64,000 nucleotides of DNA from an uncultured virus (IMG/VR IMGVR_UViG_3300034062_004781) (IMGVR_UViG_3300034062_004781), one strand, 5' to 3'; positions 51,140 through 60,401 are shown, counted from the stretch's first letter. Made by a program: numbers and translations. The notes: generated by a model from the letters alone, not told the origin.

Positions 51140-51583
51140 ATGGGAACGCGCGCTGTTTACACCTTCAACGACGGTGATGATCGCTTTCACGTTTACAAGC
51201 ACTGGGACGGCTACCCGTTAGGCGCTGCGCTCTTCTTCATGAAGGCCATCCCCTATGCATGGGGCGGTAAACGCTTTGAAGCTGGCGATTTTGCCGCAGC
51301 CTTCATATCTGGCAACAAGCCCGAAGGCGGTGGCGACGTCTACCTTACAAAAGGCCCCAATGCCCATTGCGACCTCGAGTATGTGTATGAGCTCTACCAG
51401 AACAAGCTGGGTGGCCTGATGATCAAGGCCTACCATATGGACTGGGATGGCGAGACAGACAAGACCAGCAAGAAGCGGTTCTTCAATGGGTCACTGGTCA
51501 GCTTTGTCATGGAGCATGGCGACGACGAAGCCAAGCAAAAGGCCGATGAGCACTGGAATCTGAGCCCAAAAGCAGCCGCATAA
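51140..51583 (+). CDS. Early phage protein (MGTR...HWDGYP family)
   Basis: MGTRAVY...YKHWDGYP. Confidence 0.75.
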   Translation: MGTRAVYTFNDGDDRFHVYKHWDGYPLGAALFFMKAIPYAWGGKRFEAGDFAAAFISGNKPEGGGDVYLTKGPNAHCDLEYVYELYQNKLGGLMIKAYHMDWDGETDKTSKKRFFNGSLVSFVMEHGDDEAKQKADEHWNLSPKAAA

Positions 51584-51612
51584 AAAAGAGGGCCTTCGGG
51601 CCCTTTTTCTTT
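51582..51612. terminator. Bidirectional Rho-independent terminator
   Basis: AAAAAAGAGGGCC-TTCG-GGCCCTTTTTCTTT. Confidence 0.8.
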
Positions 51613-51622
51613 GTCAGGTGAA

Positions 51623-51651
51623 TTGACATAGTGAAGTTTCTTCACTATCCT
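51623..51651 (+). promoter_or_regulatory. Early promoter 2 with perfect palindromic operator
   Basis: TTGACA-N17-TATCCT; ATAGTGAAG-TTT-CTTCACTAT (51628-51648). Confidence 0.8.
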
Positions 51652-51678
51652 ACGAATCATCAACTGATGGAGATTGAT

Positions 51679-52011
51679 ATGTGCAACGTCAAAAATGCTC
51701 CCGAAGGCCGCTACTTCGTCGAATCCGGCTGGTCTGACCGCACCCCTTGGGTCGTCGTCAAAGAGAGCCCCTCGGGCATGACCCTGACCCTTGTGCCGGT
51801 CGAGGTCGAAAAGGATCCCGAGTTTAAGCCTGACTTCAGCGTCGGCGGCTTCTCGGCCCACTGCAACAATAACCATGAGCAGACGTGGCTGTATGCCGGC
51901 ACCTGCCCCATGCGCAAGAAGACGATCCGCCTTGGCAAAAAAGGCTGGGCCAGCGGCACGTTCCGCGAGACGCACAAAGGTCCGGTGCGCTTCTACGATT
52001 ATAACTTCTAG
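51679..52011 (+). CDS. Early hypothetical protein
   Basis: GGAGATTGATATG start, MCNVKNAPEGRYF. Confidence 0.75.
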   Translation: MCNVKNAPEGRYFVESGWSDRTPWVVVKESPSGMTLTLVPVEVEKDPEFKPDFSVGGFSAHCNNNHEQTWLYAGTCPMRKKTIRLGKKGWASGTFRETHKGPVRFYDYNF

Positions 52012-52060
52012 TCGAGGGGCTACGGCCCCTCACCTTCCTCTCAATTTTATGGAGATTGAT

Positions 52061-52354
52061 ATGCAGGACAACGCCAACACCATCAAGGTTTCTTACCCGG
52101 AAGCTTTCATCACGGTGAAAGAAGACAAGCGCCGTGACTGGTCGGAAATCGCCGTCTATGTCGATCCCGTTCTGCCGGGTGCGGGCAAGATCTGCGCTTC
52201 AATCATCACGCATCCCTGCAAGGGCGCAAAATGGTTCGTGCATGACCGTGACACGGGATGCCGTGGAGTTCCCTTCAAAACCAAAAAGCTTGCTCTGTGG
52301 GCTGCTATTGAAGCAGCCAAAGACATCGAAGCTTACAAGCATCACGCAAAGTAA
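52061..52354 (+). CDS. Early hypothetical protein
   Basis: GGAGATTGATATG start, MQDNAN. Confidence 0.7.
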   Translation: MQDNANTIKVSYPEAFITVKEDKRRDWSEIAVYVDPVLPGAGKICASIITHPCKGAKWFVHDRDTGCRGVPFKTKKLALWAAIEAAKDIEAYKHHAK

Positions 52355-52365
52355 TGGAGATTGAT

Positions 52366-52602
52366 ATGACCAACCCTAACCCCGACTTCATCGTTCACGC
52401 TGGCGAGTGTGCCACTGTGTGGGGCTTTGAGCCTCAGAACGAAGTGGCTTTAGACTTTATTCAGGAACTTGGTGGAGAAGATTGGCAGTGGAACGGCAAG
52501 ATCTTCTACACCGACCATCGTCCTGCGCGTGATCTTGCGCGTTACATGGTTGGCGAAGGCTTTGTCGTTATGCATCCTCAATACGGTTACTTTGGAGGTT
52601 GA
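52366..52602 (+). CDS. Early hypothetical protein
   Basis: GGAGATTGATATG start, MTNPNPDF. Confidence 0.7.
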   Translation: MTNPNPDFIVHAGECATVWGFEPQNEVALDFIQELGGEDWQWNGKIFYTDHRPARDLARYMVGEGFVVMHPQYGYFGG

Positions 52603-52603
52603 T

Positions 52604-52933
52604 ATGGATCAGTCGCGTCCCTTTATTCTCGCGTCTACCGAGCTTTGCTATGAGGCTAATCCGACGCTGTGGCATCTATACTGCGCATTGACTAATCGAA
52701 TCATCGGACAGCCTAGCGCACTATGGACTGAGCAAGACGTTGTCATCGCAATACTAGCAAGAGGACTAAACCCAAATGACGCCAGAAAAAATGATTCAGA
52801 TAATGAACAATCAAGGTCTGTCAAATCAGGATATCGCTTCGATATCCGGCGTGACATATCGACAGGTAATGTCATGGCGGTCAGGGAAGCATCCAGTTCC
52901 AATGATGCTGTCGTTTTTGTTGTCGGCGCTTGA
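52604..52933 (+). CDS. Hypothetical protein (3' part overlaps the HTH gene)
   Basis: GGAGGTTGATATG start, MDQSRPF. Confidence 0.45.
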   Translation: MDQSRPFILASTELCYEANPTLWHLYCALTNRIIGQPSALWTEQDVVIAILARGLNPNDARKNDSDNEQSRSVKSGYRFDIRRDISTGNVMAVREASSSNDAVVFVVGA

Positions 52934-53000
52934 TGAAGGACAGTTAAGCGCAGACTGGCTTGTTGATGCGTTACAAAAAGAACTAACTGAAAGAGTATAA
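52776..53000 (+). CDS. Cro/XRE-like HTH regulator closing the early operon (Aca-like position)
   Basis: GLSNQDIASISGVTYRQVMSWRSGKHPVP. Confidence 0.75.
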   Translation: MTPEKMIQIMNNQGLSNQDIASISGVTYRQVMSWRSGKHPVPMMLSFLLSALDEGQLSADWLVDALQKELTERV

Positions 53001-53146
53001 AATAAACGGCCCGAGGCATGGCGTCCTCGGGCCTTATGTTACGCGATATCAGCATGTAGCTGCGTGTGAGTTTTCTCGATTCCGTTCTCCGTCGTATTAA
53101 GTATTTATCCGCCATTACATAGATTGCAGGGGCGGACGCCTACAAT

Positions 53147-53335
53147 TCAAAAATCAGTGTCATATCTTTCGTTTAGCTCTTTGAGCATTTCAAGGCGAAT
53201 AACCTGCCGCTTCAATGCAGATATTGCTTCTTCGTTTTCATCGAAGATTGCGTCATGCAATTTTGATTGAGCAAACTTTAATTCGCGCTCAACTTCTCGG
53301 GGAGGTGCAAAAAGAGATGTTTTTGCTTCTGTCAT
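53147..53335 (-). CDS. Hypothetical protein
   Basis: 62-aa ORF coupled to the HNH gene. Confidence 0.55.
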   Translation of the reverse strand: MTEAKTSLFAPPREVERELKFAQSKLHDAIFDENEEAISALKRQVIRLEMLKELNERYDTDF

Positions 53336-53886
53336 GACTGCCTCGCATAGCTTCCGTGATATTTTATCTCCGCTTGCTTTCTTGCGTCAACCGCTTCTTC
53401 AATAGTATTAAAACATCCAAAATTATGAGCCTTATTATTTATGTATATTCTTGCTCTCCATTTACCGCTTCTACCATATTTATAAACGCCCTTATAACCA
53501 GAAGTATTGGACGGAAGTAAATTCTTATTTATCTGCTGTTGAGAATCTGTTGCTTCTCTTAAATTTAATATTCTATTGTCGCTTTTAATTCCATTTATAT
53601 GATCTATTTCTTTCTTAGGAACGTATCCATGATGCATAGCAAAACATAGAATGTGGCCGCCAACATACCTGCCAAACAATTCGACCGATAAATATTTTTG
53701 ATTATCTATAAAACCAGCTTCTTTATTCGCATAATTTGAATTGAAATAAGAAGATGACCTTAATGGGTATTTAGCATGCGAGCACATTTCGGGTGTTCGT
53801 TCTCTCCAATATAATTTTCCTGTTTCGGGATCATACCGAAACAGTTGACGCAAAGTCTCAATGTCGGGTAAATCTTTTTTAGCCAT
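53332..53886 (-). CDS. HNH homing endonuclease with AP2-like domain
   Basis: YDPETG...IDHINGIKSDNRILNLR...NTSGYKGV. Confidence 0.9.
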   Translation of the reverse strand: MAKKDLPDIETLRQLFRYDPETGKLYWRERTPEMCSHAKYPLRSSSYFNSNYANKEAGFIDNQKYLSVELFGRYVGGHILCFAMHHGYVPKKEIDHINGIKSDNRILNLREATDSQQQINKNLLPSNTSGYKGVYKYGRSGKWRARIYINNKAHNFGCFNTIEEAVDARKQAEIKYHGSYARQS

Positions 53887-53976
53887 TTCCCAGTTCCTTT
53901 GGGGTTTAGGTCAGAAGGCCCGAAGCTGTTAGCGCAGCGACGGGCCTTTGTTTTATATCACCACCTTATGTAGATG

Positions 53977-54636
53977 TCACCATTCTGATTCAAATCCATC
54001 GACGCCATCCAGTGGCGTTCCCGGATCCAATATTCCTTCACCTTCACCGTCTATTGGCTGATGAAGAGCATTCACAACCTTCATTTTTGTCGGCATGACT
54101 TCCGCTCCGGGGAAGTGCTCCTTGACCGCAAGAACTTCTTTAAATGCGAATATCAATCTTCCAATCTCTTCTAGAGAATATACAGAAACCCTCCGCCCAT
54201 CGGCCATAACCTTGTTGACGAGATCTGGCTCCCTGACAATCGCCGCTACTGTTCCATCCTCGAGCGTGACTTCAAACACCGCCGGATCTATAGGAACGCA
54301 TCCAGCTTCTATCGCCGCTTTGTCGAGCGCCTTCCAAGCTTTGATCATGCGGTCGGATTCACGCTGAACGTCAATCAGCTCGCCTTTCCATCTGGCATGG
54401 CTAAACAAATATTTTTGACGATAGAATTTTTCCCTAAGTTCTTGCGGAACGAGCAGTGGAAGCCTTCCGCGCCCCCAACGCATTTCAAGCTCAACTTCAA
54501 GCGCGTCCGCGCCATCGATTGCTGCTCGCCCTGACAAATAAGTTCCGTTTGTCACAAGCCAAGGCGCTGACGGAAGTCGCGCTGTTGGTATGGATCTATC
54601 AGAAACTGGCGGCTTCCTTGTCGGCTTCTTCGCCAT
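53977..54636 (-). CDS. Conserved phage protein in the replication region
   Basis: 219 aa, RWGRGRLPLLV. Confidence 0.7.
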   Translation of the reverse strand: MAKKPTRKPPVSDRSIPTARLPSAPWLVTNGTYLSGRAAIDGADALEVELEMRWGRGRLPLLVPQELREKFYRQKYLFSHARWKGELIDVQRESDRMIKAWKALDKAAIEAGCVPIDPAVFEVTLEDGTVAAIVREPDLVNKVMADGRRVSVYSLEEIGRLIFAFKEVLAVKEHFPGAEVMPTKMKVVNALHQPIDGEGEGILDPGTPLDGVDGFESEW

Positions 54637-54639
54637 TGG

Positions 54640-54858
54640 TCACTCCTTGTCCCATGAGAACTTGGGAAGAGAGACATTGGCGCGCGCCTTCTTTGCAGTC
54701 TCGCCGTAAAGTTCGCCGGCAAGCTTCTTTTCGTATCTTATCGTGCGGAGCGACGCGATCCGAGGGGGATTTGCGTCAATATTGCCAGAGCCGATTGAAT
54801 CGCCTCCCCTCCGGCTTGCTCTTGATCTTGGTGCTCCAAACGTCCCTTGATTCGCCAT
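54640..54858 (-). CDS. Small basic protein
   Basis: GGAGAGATTGATATG start. Confidence 0.6.
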   Translation of the reverse strand: MANQGTFGAPRSRASRRGGDSIGSGNIDANPPRIASLRTIRYEKKLAGELYGETAKKARANVSLPKFSWDKE

Positions 54859-54876
54859 ATCAATCTCTCCTTCATA

Positions 54877-55260
54877 TCAATCTAACGGGTCGAACCTGAC
54901 ATACTCCCAAATGCCGCGAGAGTGGCTCGCCTTATCCTTCGGCTGATGCATGCGACCCGTGCGCTGCAGCCACCGATTCTTGACCGCCTGCATAATCGCC
55001 GCGCCCCATGCGTTGGGATGCCCGGGATTAACAATGCCAGCTTCCTGCGCAAGGTGGCGGATATCCTCGCCGGTGCCCTTCCATCCCTGATGCAGGTCGT
55101 TCTCAATGAAATCCATGATCTGTGCGCGCCAGATCCAGTTTCTGTTCAACACGCCATCGAGCGCCGCGTCCCGCGCATCCCGACCTTCATTATTCCCCAT
55201 AGGAAAATATCCCGCCATTTGTGAGCACGACATCCCGCCGGTTCTGCGGGCCGTTTTCAT
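54877..55260 (-). CDS. Hypothetical protein (true start may be 55200)
   Basis: TGEDIR...PNAWGA. Confidence 0.6.
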   Translation of the reverse strand: MKTARRTGGMSCSQMAGYFPMGNNEGRDARDAALDGVLNRNWIWRAQIMDFIENDLHQGWKGTGEDIRHLAQEAGIVNPGHPNAWGAAIMQAVKNRWLQRTGRMHQPKDKASHSRGIWEYVRFDPLD

Positions 55261-55538
55261 GTTTGGAGACCGGTTTGATCATCATCGCCAATATCAATTT
55301 AAACCTACCACCATCAAACCGCCGACAAGGCTAAACCCAAAACCCGCAGGCCGTCAAGCGGCCAGTCCGTGGGTCTGGGCAAGCCCGACCGGAGCCTTAG
55401 CGGAGGGAGGGCGCAGCCCTTATGCGCGCGCGCGCGCGAGGCTGTGTGAAAACAAACACTTATCCAACACTCCAAGAGAAAAAACGCTTTTGAACGGCGT
55501 AAGATGTTGTTTTGATTTGTTTTCAGGATTTGCATTTT

Positions 55539-57740
55539 TCACAGTCCCTTCCCGATGCGGAGGCCCTTTTTGTTTGACTTATCGCCCCACAAATCGGTGA
55601 CGATGACGTCCGAGCGGTGCCACATGTTGACATACTTCTCGCACACATTGACTGACAGATTGAACATGTCGCTGAGTCGATCCGGCGCATATCGATCCGT
55701 GTCACGGCTCTTCTTGTCACGGCTCCACGGATATCCGCCGCGCCATGCCGCGTCGATTGCTGAGACCATTTTCCTACATGTCTCCATGTCGGGCTCGTTT
55801 CCTGTCTCCTGCACGCCCCCAAAATCGCCCGCTGATGCGTCTTCTGGCTTCTGGGGTGTCACCGTAGCAGGATCTACCGGAAGGGCCACCAGCGAGCTTC
55901 TGCCGAAGCCCAGATCGATGTCCCTGAGCTCGAATGGCAGATCCCACCCGTCCCGGGCTTCCTTGATCTTCATCATGGTCATTGTGCCGAACATGCCGGG
56001 CTTTTCTCGTTCGACGAAGATCGCGCAGTTGGCCGCGCCCTCGAGGACATTTGACCCGCGCAGGGCCTTCCCGTTGCCTTTGGAGACGTGATGCGCGCCT
56101 GTGGCCGAACAATCGAAAGCAAGGCGCATGGCGTCATTGGCTTGAATGTAGAGCGTCATGTCCTTCTGCAGGTTTTCGTCCGCGCCCGGCAAGACGCGCG
56201 AGACCGTGTCGATGATGATCATGACAGGCTTCTCGCCGCACTTGTTTTCGACCTCGATTTTGATTGTCTGAATTAACTTCACAATATGCGCAGGGTCCAT
56301 AAAGTTCACGGGTTGCCTGATAAAGTGAAATCTCTTCCTGTTAATCTGAACTTTCTTCGCCTTTTCCCATGCCATCATGCGGAACTTCATATCCGTCGTG
56401 CCTTCCGACGAGATATACACGATGGGGCCATGCCGATTGATCTTCTTCCCAAACCAATGCGTGATCTCATCGACACCCAACGAGAAGGCCATGTCCATCG
56501 CGATGAACGTCTTGCCGCAGCCGGGAGCGCCATAGATAAATGCTGTCGCGCCTTCGATGATCAGATCTTGGATCAGAAACACCGGATCCGGCAGATTGAA
56601 TATGTCGTCTACACTGAGAACCTCGAATAAATTTGAGGAGGTTTTTGGATCGGCAACCGAGAACTTATGCGCAGGCGCATCCCAGTCCTCTGATTCTTCG
56701 GGTTGCGTTTTATTATCCGTATTTTCCGCAACTCCTTCCGATATCTGATCGGCGAAGGATTTTGTCGGCTTCTGATTCGGCTTTGGCTCCTTAGCCGCTT
56801 CGATGATCTTGTCCCAGTCTTTTATTGACGCGCGCCATTTGGCCTTGAACTCTGTGATGCCACGGCCTTCTTTTTCGAGCGCCGCTTCCTTGCTTTCAGA
56901 TAGGCCCGGTAGCCGGCTTTCAACTTTACCGAGATAGATCGAGAATAGATCATCGCGCTGCTTGATTAATTCTTCGTCGCTTGGCTTGATCGGGCAGTCG
57001 CGCGCGATGTCGACCAACCGCGCCCAGATCATGCGGAACATGTAATCTTCGCGACCATCCTTCAGCGCGCCCCATGCATCATGCAGATGATCAGGCGTTG
57101 CTGTCTTGACGTGCGGGCCTGCATGCGTCGATCCGCCATGCTGCTCGGCGAGAAGATCGATCTGCTCGCACAGCCAGCGCGGCGCTTCAGCGATCTCAAG
57201 ATTCCACGGCTCTTTGTCTTCGATCCACTGATAGCGCGTTCCGCTTTCGTGCATTGACGGCGCAGCAACAATGAAGCCGCCAACGCCACGGATATCGACG
57301 CCAATAGACGTCTTGATCGTCGGAGAAGTCCAGCCTTCCGGCGCACGGAAAAGGATCTGCAGGCCACCACCGCCAGTGCGCTGGGTCGGCGATTCAAGCT
57401 CGTCGGCTTTCTCCTGCATATCCATGCAGCAAGACCACCACAGCGCGGCCTCTGGCTTTGAATGCGTGTCGAGATCGACGACAAAGACGCGACCGCTGCA
57501 GTTGCCAGTGAGAATGCCGATATTGTTTTTTGTGTCGCTGATGCCGTCGAACCACTTATGGAACGTCACATCGTCGACCAGTTCGTTTTGATAATCACGC
57601 CATCCATCAAGCGCGGGGCGCTTCCAGTTATGGACATGGCGCGTCGGATAGTGTGACGGCACAGCCTGCAGCCCAAGCTCGCGATACATGCGCGCGTAAT
57701 CTGCAAGACTTGCGAAGTCTTCGTTGAAATCTGTAAGCAT
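55539..57740 (-). CDS. Bifunctional primase-polymerase (Prim-Pol) fused to RepA/AAA_25 helicase
   Basis: NIGILTG...VVDLD...RTGGGG...DIRGVGGFIVAAPSMH; GAPGCGKT, IIIDT. Confidence 0.9.
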   Translation of the reverse strand: MLTDFNEDFASLADYARMYRELGLQAVPSHYPTRHVHNWKRPALDGWRDYQNELVDDVTFHKWFDGISDTKNNIGILTGNCSGRVFVVDLDTHSKPEAALWWSCCMDMQEKADELESPTQRTGGGGLQILFRAPEGWTSPTIKTSIGVDIRGVGGFIVAAPSMHESGTRYQWIEDKEPWNLEIAEAPRWLCEQIDLLAEQHGGSTHAGPHVKTATPDHLHDAWGALKDGREDYMFRMIWARLVDIARDCPIKPSDEELIKQRDDLFSIYLGKVESRLPGLSESKEAALEKEGRGITEFKAKWRASIKDWDKIIEAAKEPKPNQKPTKSFADQISEGVAENTDNKTQPEESEDWDAPAHKFSVADPKTSSNLFEVLSVDDIFNLPDPVFLIQDLIIEGATAFIYGAPGCGKTFIAMDMAFSLGVDEITHWFGKKINRHGPIVYISSEGTTDMKFRMMAWEKAKKVQINRKRFHFIRQPVNFMDPAHIVKLIQTIKIEVENKCGEKPVMIIIDTVSRVLPGADENLQKDMTLYIQANDAMRLAFDCSATGAHHVSKGNGKALRGSNVLEGAANCAIFVEREKPGMFGTMTMMKIKEARDGWDLPFELRDIDLGFGRSSLVALPVDPATVTPQKPEDASAGDFGGVQETGNEPDMETCRKMVSAIDAAWRGGYPWSRDKKSRDTDRYAPDRLSDMFNLSVNVCEKYVNMWHRSDVIVTDLWGDKSNKKGLRIGKGL

Positions 57741-57871
57741 TTTGAGGGGCCTTCTATATCGATTGATTTACGTCATGATTTATGAGATATTCGCATTGTT
57801 ACCTTGGCTCTCTGTCATTGTGACGTTTTCCTCCCTTGAATGACTGGAGCGGCGAAGGGGCCGCTCTTTTT

Positions 57872-58261
57872 TTATAGCTCAACAATTATATGACCATATG
57901 AATCGATCTCAAGTTTAGGATCTGGTCGAGGCAAAACTACAAAAGTTTTCCCCTTGCTGCTTTGCTTCCACATAAATCCATATTCGCAATCTATTGTATG
58001 TATAACCGGAACCACTACAGGGCCTTGAATAATATCACCCTCCCAACCGATCTTTCTTGCAGCTTGAAGAGATGCATTAAATTTCCCTATAAAATCATTT
58101 ATGTCAGAATAATCGAGTGAGTAAACTTTTAGCCTCTTCAAAGAGTTATCTGTTCTTTCTTTGATTGTATCACAGTGTTGAAATATCATGTCTTTTACAG
58201 GAACAAAAAAATTCCAACCGAAATCAACCGGACTTATTGCGTATGCGTAAAGATAATCCAT
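57872..58261 (-). CDS. Hypothetical protein, AT-rich insert
   Basis: 129 aa; low GC relative to neighbours. Confidence 0.65.
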   Translation of the reverse strand: MDYLYAYAISPVDFGWNFFVPVKDMIFQHCDTIKERTDNSLKRLKVYSLDYSDINDFIGKFNASLQAARKIGWEGDIIQGPVVVPVIHTIDCEYGFMWKQSSKGKTFVVLPRPDPKLEIDSYGHIIVEL

Positions 58262-58270
58262 GTTTGTCTC

Positions 58271-58729
58271 CTATCTTTGCGTTTGCGCGCCATAAAGCGC
58301 CATAAGAGCCGCTTCTCCGCGACCATTATCTTTCTTGCGACGGAAGTGCTCGCATCCCGGCCACTTGTCTATCGCAAGCTTGCGGGACTGTTCTTTGTCG
58401 GCTGTGAGACCGAAGTATTTTTTCCATTTGCCCGGACTGACGTGGACAACAGGGATTTTAAGCGCGCCAATAACACCGAGCGCAATGCCGTAGGACATCC
58501 CGAAGTTAAAGCTGGACGAGACACCTTGTTTCGGCATGGCATGCACGATCTCCACTACGGCCATGTCGGGGCCATGCTGACGGATTAAATCATAAAGCGC
58601 TGCAGGATTAATCTGACGCGCAGCTAATGGCACATCATAGGCCGCAATCAATTGCGGTTTATCAGGATAATAAAACGCAACTGCCCCAGACATGCCGGGG
58701 TCAAGACCCATGATGCAGGTATATGTCAT
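58271..58729 (-). CDS. RuvC-like Holliday junction resolvase
   Basis: MGLDPGMSGA...VEIV...FNFG...PGKWK...EAALMA. Confidence 0.8.
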   Translation of the reverse strand: MTYTCIMGLDPGMSGAVAFYYPDKPQLIAAYDVPLAARQINPAALYDLIRQHGPDMAVVEIVHAMPKQGVSSSFNFGMSYGIALGVIGALKIPVVHVSPGKWKKYFGLTADKEQSRKLAIDKWPGCEHFRRKKDNGRGEAALMALYGAQTQR

Positions 58730-58732
58730 GAT

Positions 58733-58855
58733 TTACCAACCTCTCTTGTAAATATCGTATATCATGCGAACCATATTAAACACGAAGAACGCGCAAAGCG
58801 TCCATGCGACGATGACGATGGGGCCAATCAATAAAAAGTCCATGATGTGATTCAT
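58733..58855 (-). CDS. Small membrane protein (40 aa)
   Basis: MNHIMDFLLIGPIVIVAWTLCAFFVF...; ATGGAGATTGATATG start. Confidence 0.5.
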   Translation of the reverse strand: MNHIMDFLLIGPIVIVAWTLCAFFVFNMVRMIYDIYKRGW

Positions 58856-59044
58856 ATCAATCTCCATACATTAAAGTCTCAGCCGGCCCGGTTGCGTATT
58901 GAAGTAGCCATCGACACGCGGGTGAGTTGGGCCGGCTGAGGCGCAAAACGTAAGCGAACAGCCGCGATTCTGTCAATCCACAACCACCAGTTGACTTCAT
59001 CGCTACCCGCCGCTATGGATAGTGCGAATCGATATTGAGGCGCT

Positions 59045-59800
59045 ATGAACAACAATCCCTTCACCGCTTACGGCATCCAGCACCTATCCCCTTCAACCGC
59101 CAACCTGTTCATCGGGTCTCCGGCTGCGTTTGTCCTCGACAAATGTATGAAGAAGCGGTCACAGGTGGGCGCAGCCGCACACAGGGGAACAGCCACGGAG
59201 ACAGGCGTTGTTCATGGTCTTACAACAGGCGCAACGGACGACGAATGCATAAAGGTGGCGAAGGATGAGTTCTGGCGACTTATGGTCTTCTCGAGTGATC
59301 CCGCTGCCGAAAAAGAAGAAGCCGCAGTTCCTGAAATGGTTAAAAGAGGCCTTGCAGAATTGCGAGGATACGGAAAGCCGACGTCGACCCAAGGTAAAAT
59401 TGAGCATTGGTTTGACGGCATCGCAGTGCCCTTTATTGGTTTCTATGATGTTGAATGGGCGAACCATAACATTCTGGTAGATCTGAAAACGACGCATGCC
59501 TTACCATCTAAAATCTCCACCAACCATGCTCGGCAGGTTTCACTGTATGCTGTTGCGCGCGGCAATGGCATTGACCCACGGGTTGCTTACATCACGCCAA
59601 AAAAGTCTGCGACGTATCGGGTTGAGAATGTATCTGAACATGTCAAAGCTTTGGAGCGAATCGGTCTTGCGATCCAACGGTTTTTATCAATAAGCGAAGA
59701 TCCTATGGAGCTGGCAAAGCATGTCATGCCTGACGTCGACAGCTTCTACTTTAAAGATCCGATGGCGAGACAGACTGTCTTTGAGATTTGGGGCGTATAA
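59045..59800 (+). CDS. PD-(D/E)XK nuclease superfamily exonuclease
   Basis: HLSPST...RGTA...GFYD...VDLKTT...RQVSLY. Confidence 0.85.
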   Translation: MNNNPFTAYGIQHLSPSTANLFIGSPAAFVLDKCMKKRSQVGAAAHRGTATETGVVHGLTTGATDDECIKVAKDEFWRLMVFSSDPAAEKEEAAVPEMVKRGLAELRGYGKPTSTQGKIEHWFDGIAVPFIGFYDVEWANHNILVDLKTTHALPSKISTNHARQVSLYAVARGNGIDPRVAYITPKKSATYRVENVSEHVKALERIGLAIQRFLSISEDPMELAKHVMPDVDSFYFKDPMARQTVFEIWGV

Positions 59801-60396
59801 TGAAACATGAGATCAAAGATTTCATTGGCGTCTTTCACGACGTTGTCAGTGAAGAATATTGTAAGGAAGTGATTGAGTTTTTCGAGCATGTCGACGAGCT
59901 TGGCGGGGTGTATTCACGTCAAGATCAAGAGCCAGTATCCTCCATAATCAAAGACAATAATATATTCCATACGGACGACAAATGCCCTTCTATGGTATTC
60001 CATTCGCTGTTCAGGTTGATGAAGCCTTTCGTGAAAGCATGTGATGAATCATATGCTTTGTATCGAAAAAAATACGGTATTATGGAAGAGTTTCCATCGC
60101 ATAGAATTAGTCCGTCTATACAAATGCAGCGCGTAAGGCCTACGCAAGGCTATCATGTCTGGCACTGCGAAAACAGTTGCTTGGCGTTCGGGCATAGAAT
60201 ATTGGTGCCGATACTTTACCTGAACGACGTTGCTGAAGGCGGCGAGACAGAGTTCTTGTATCAAAGCATGCGTATAGCTCCCAAAAGAGGAACGCTTGTT
60301 CTTTTCCCTGCCGCGTTTACGCACACACATCGAGGCAATCCGCCGCTTAGTGGCGATAAATATTTCATCACCAGCTGGATACAATTTGTGGAGTAA
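59800..60396 (+). CDS. 2OG-Fe(II) oxygenase (prolyl-4-hydroxylase-like)
   Basis: GYHVWHCE...LYLNDVAEGGETEF...FPAAFTHTHRGNPP. Confidence 0.9.
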   Translation: MKHEIKDFIGVFHDVVSEEYCKEVIEFFEHVDELGGVYSRQDQEPVSSIIKDNNIFHTDDKCPSMVFHSLFRLMKPFVKACDESYALYRKKYGIMEEFPSHRISPSIQMQRVRPTQGYHVWHCENSCLAFGHRILVPILYLNDVAEGGETEFLYQSMRIAPKRGTLVLFPAAFTHTHRGNPPLSGDKYFITSWIQFVE

Positions 60397-60401
60397 TCGA
60401 T

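Noticed and set aside
55261..55538. ORF 55314-55535 and the (GC)n run as a feature
   Set aside because: ORF looks non-coding; the region could be an origin downstream of the primase but no clear iterons were seen
59045..59800. Cas4/CRISPR association of the nuclease
   Set aside because: Lacks the four-Cys cluster pattern and sits in a replication/recombination context
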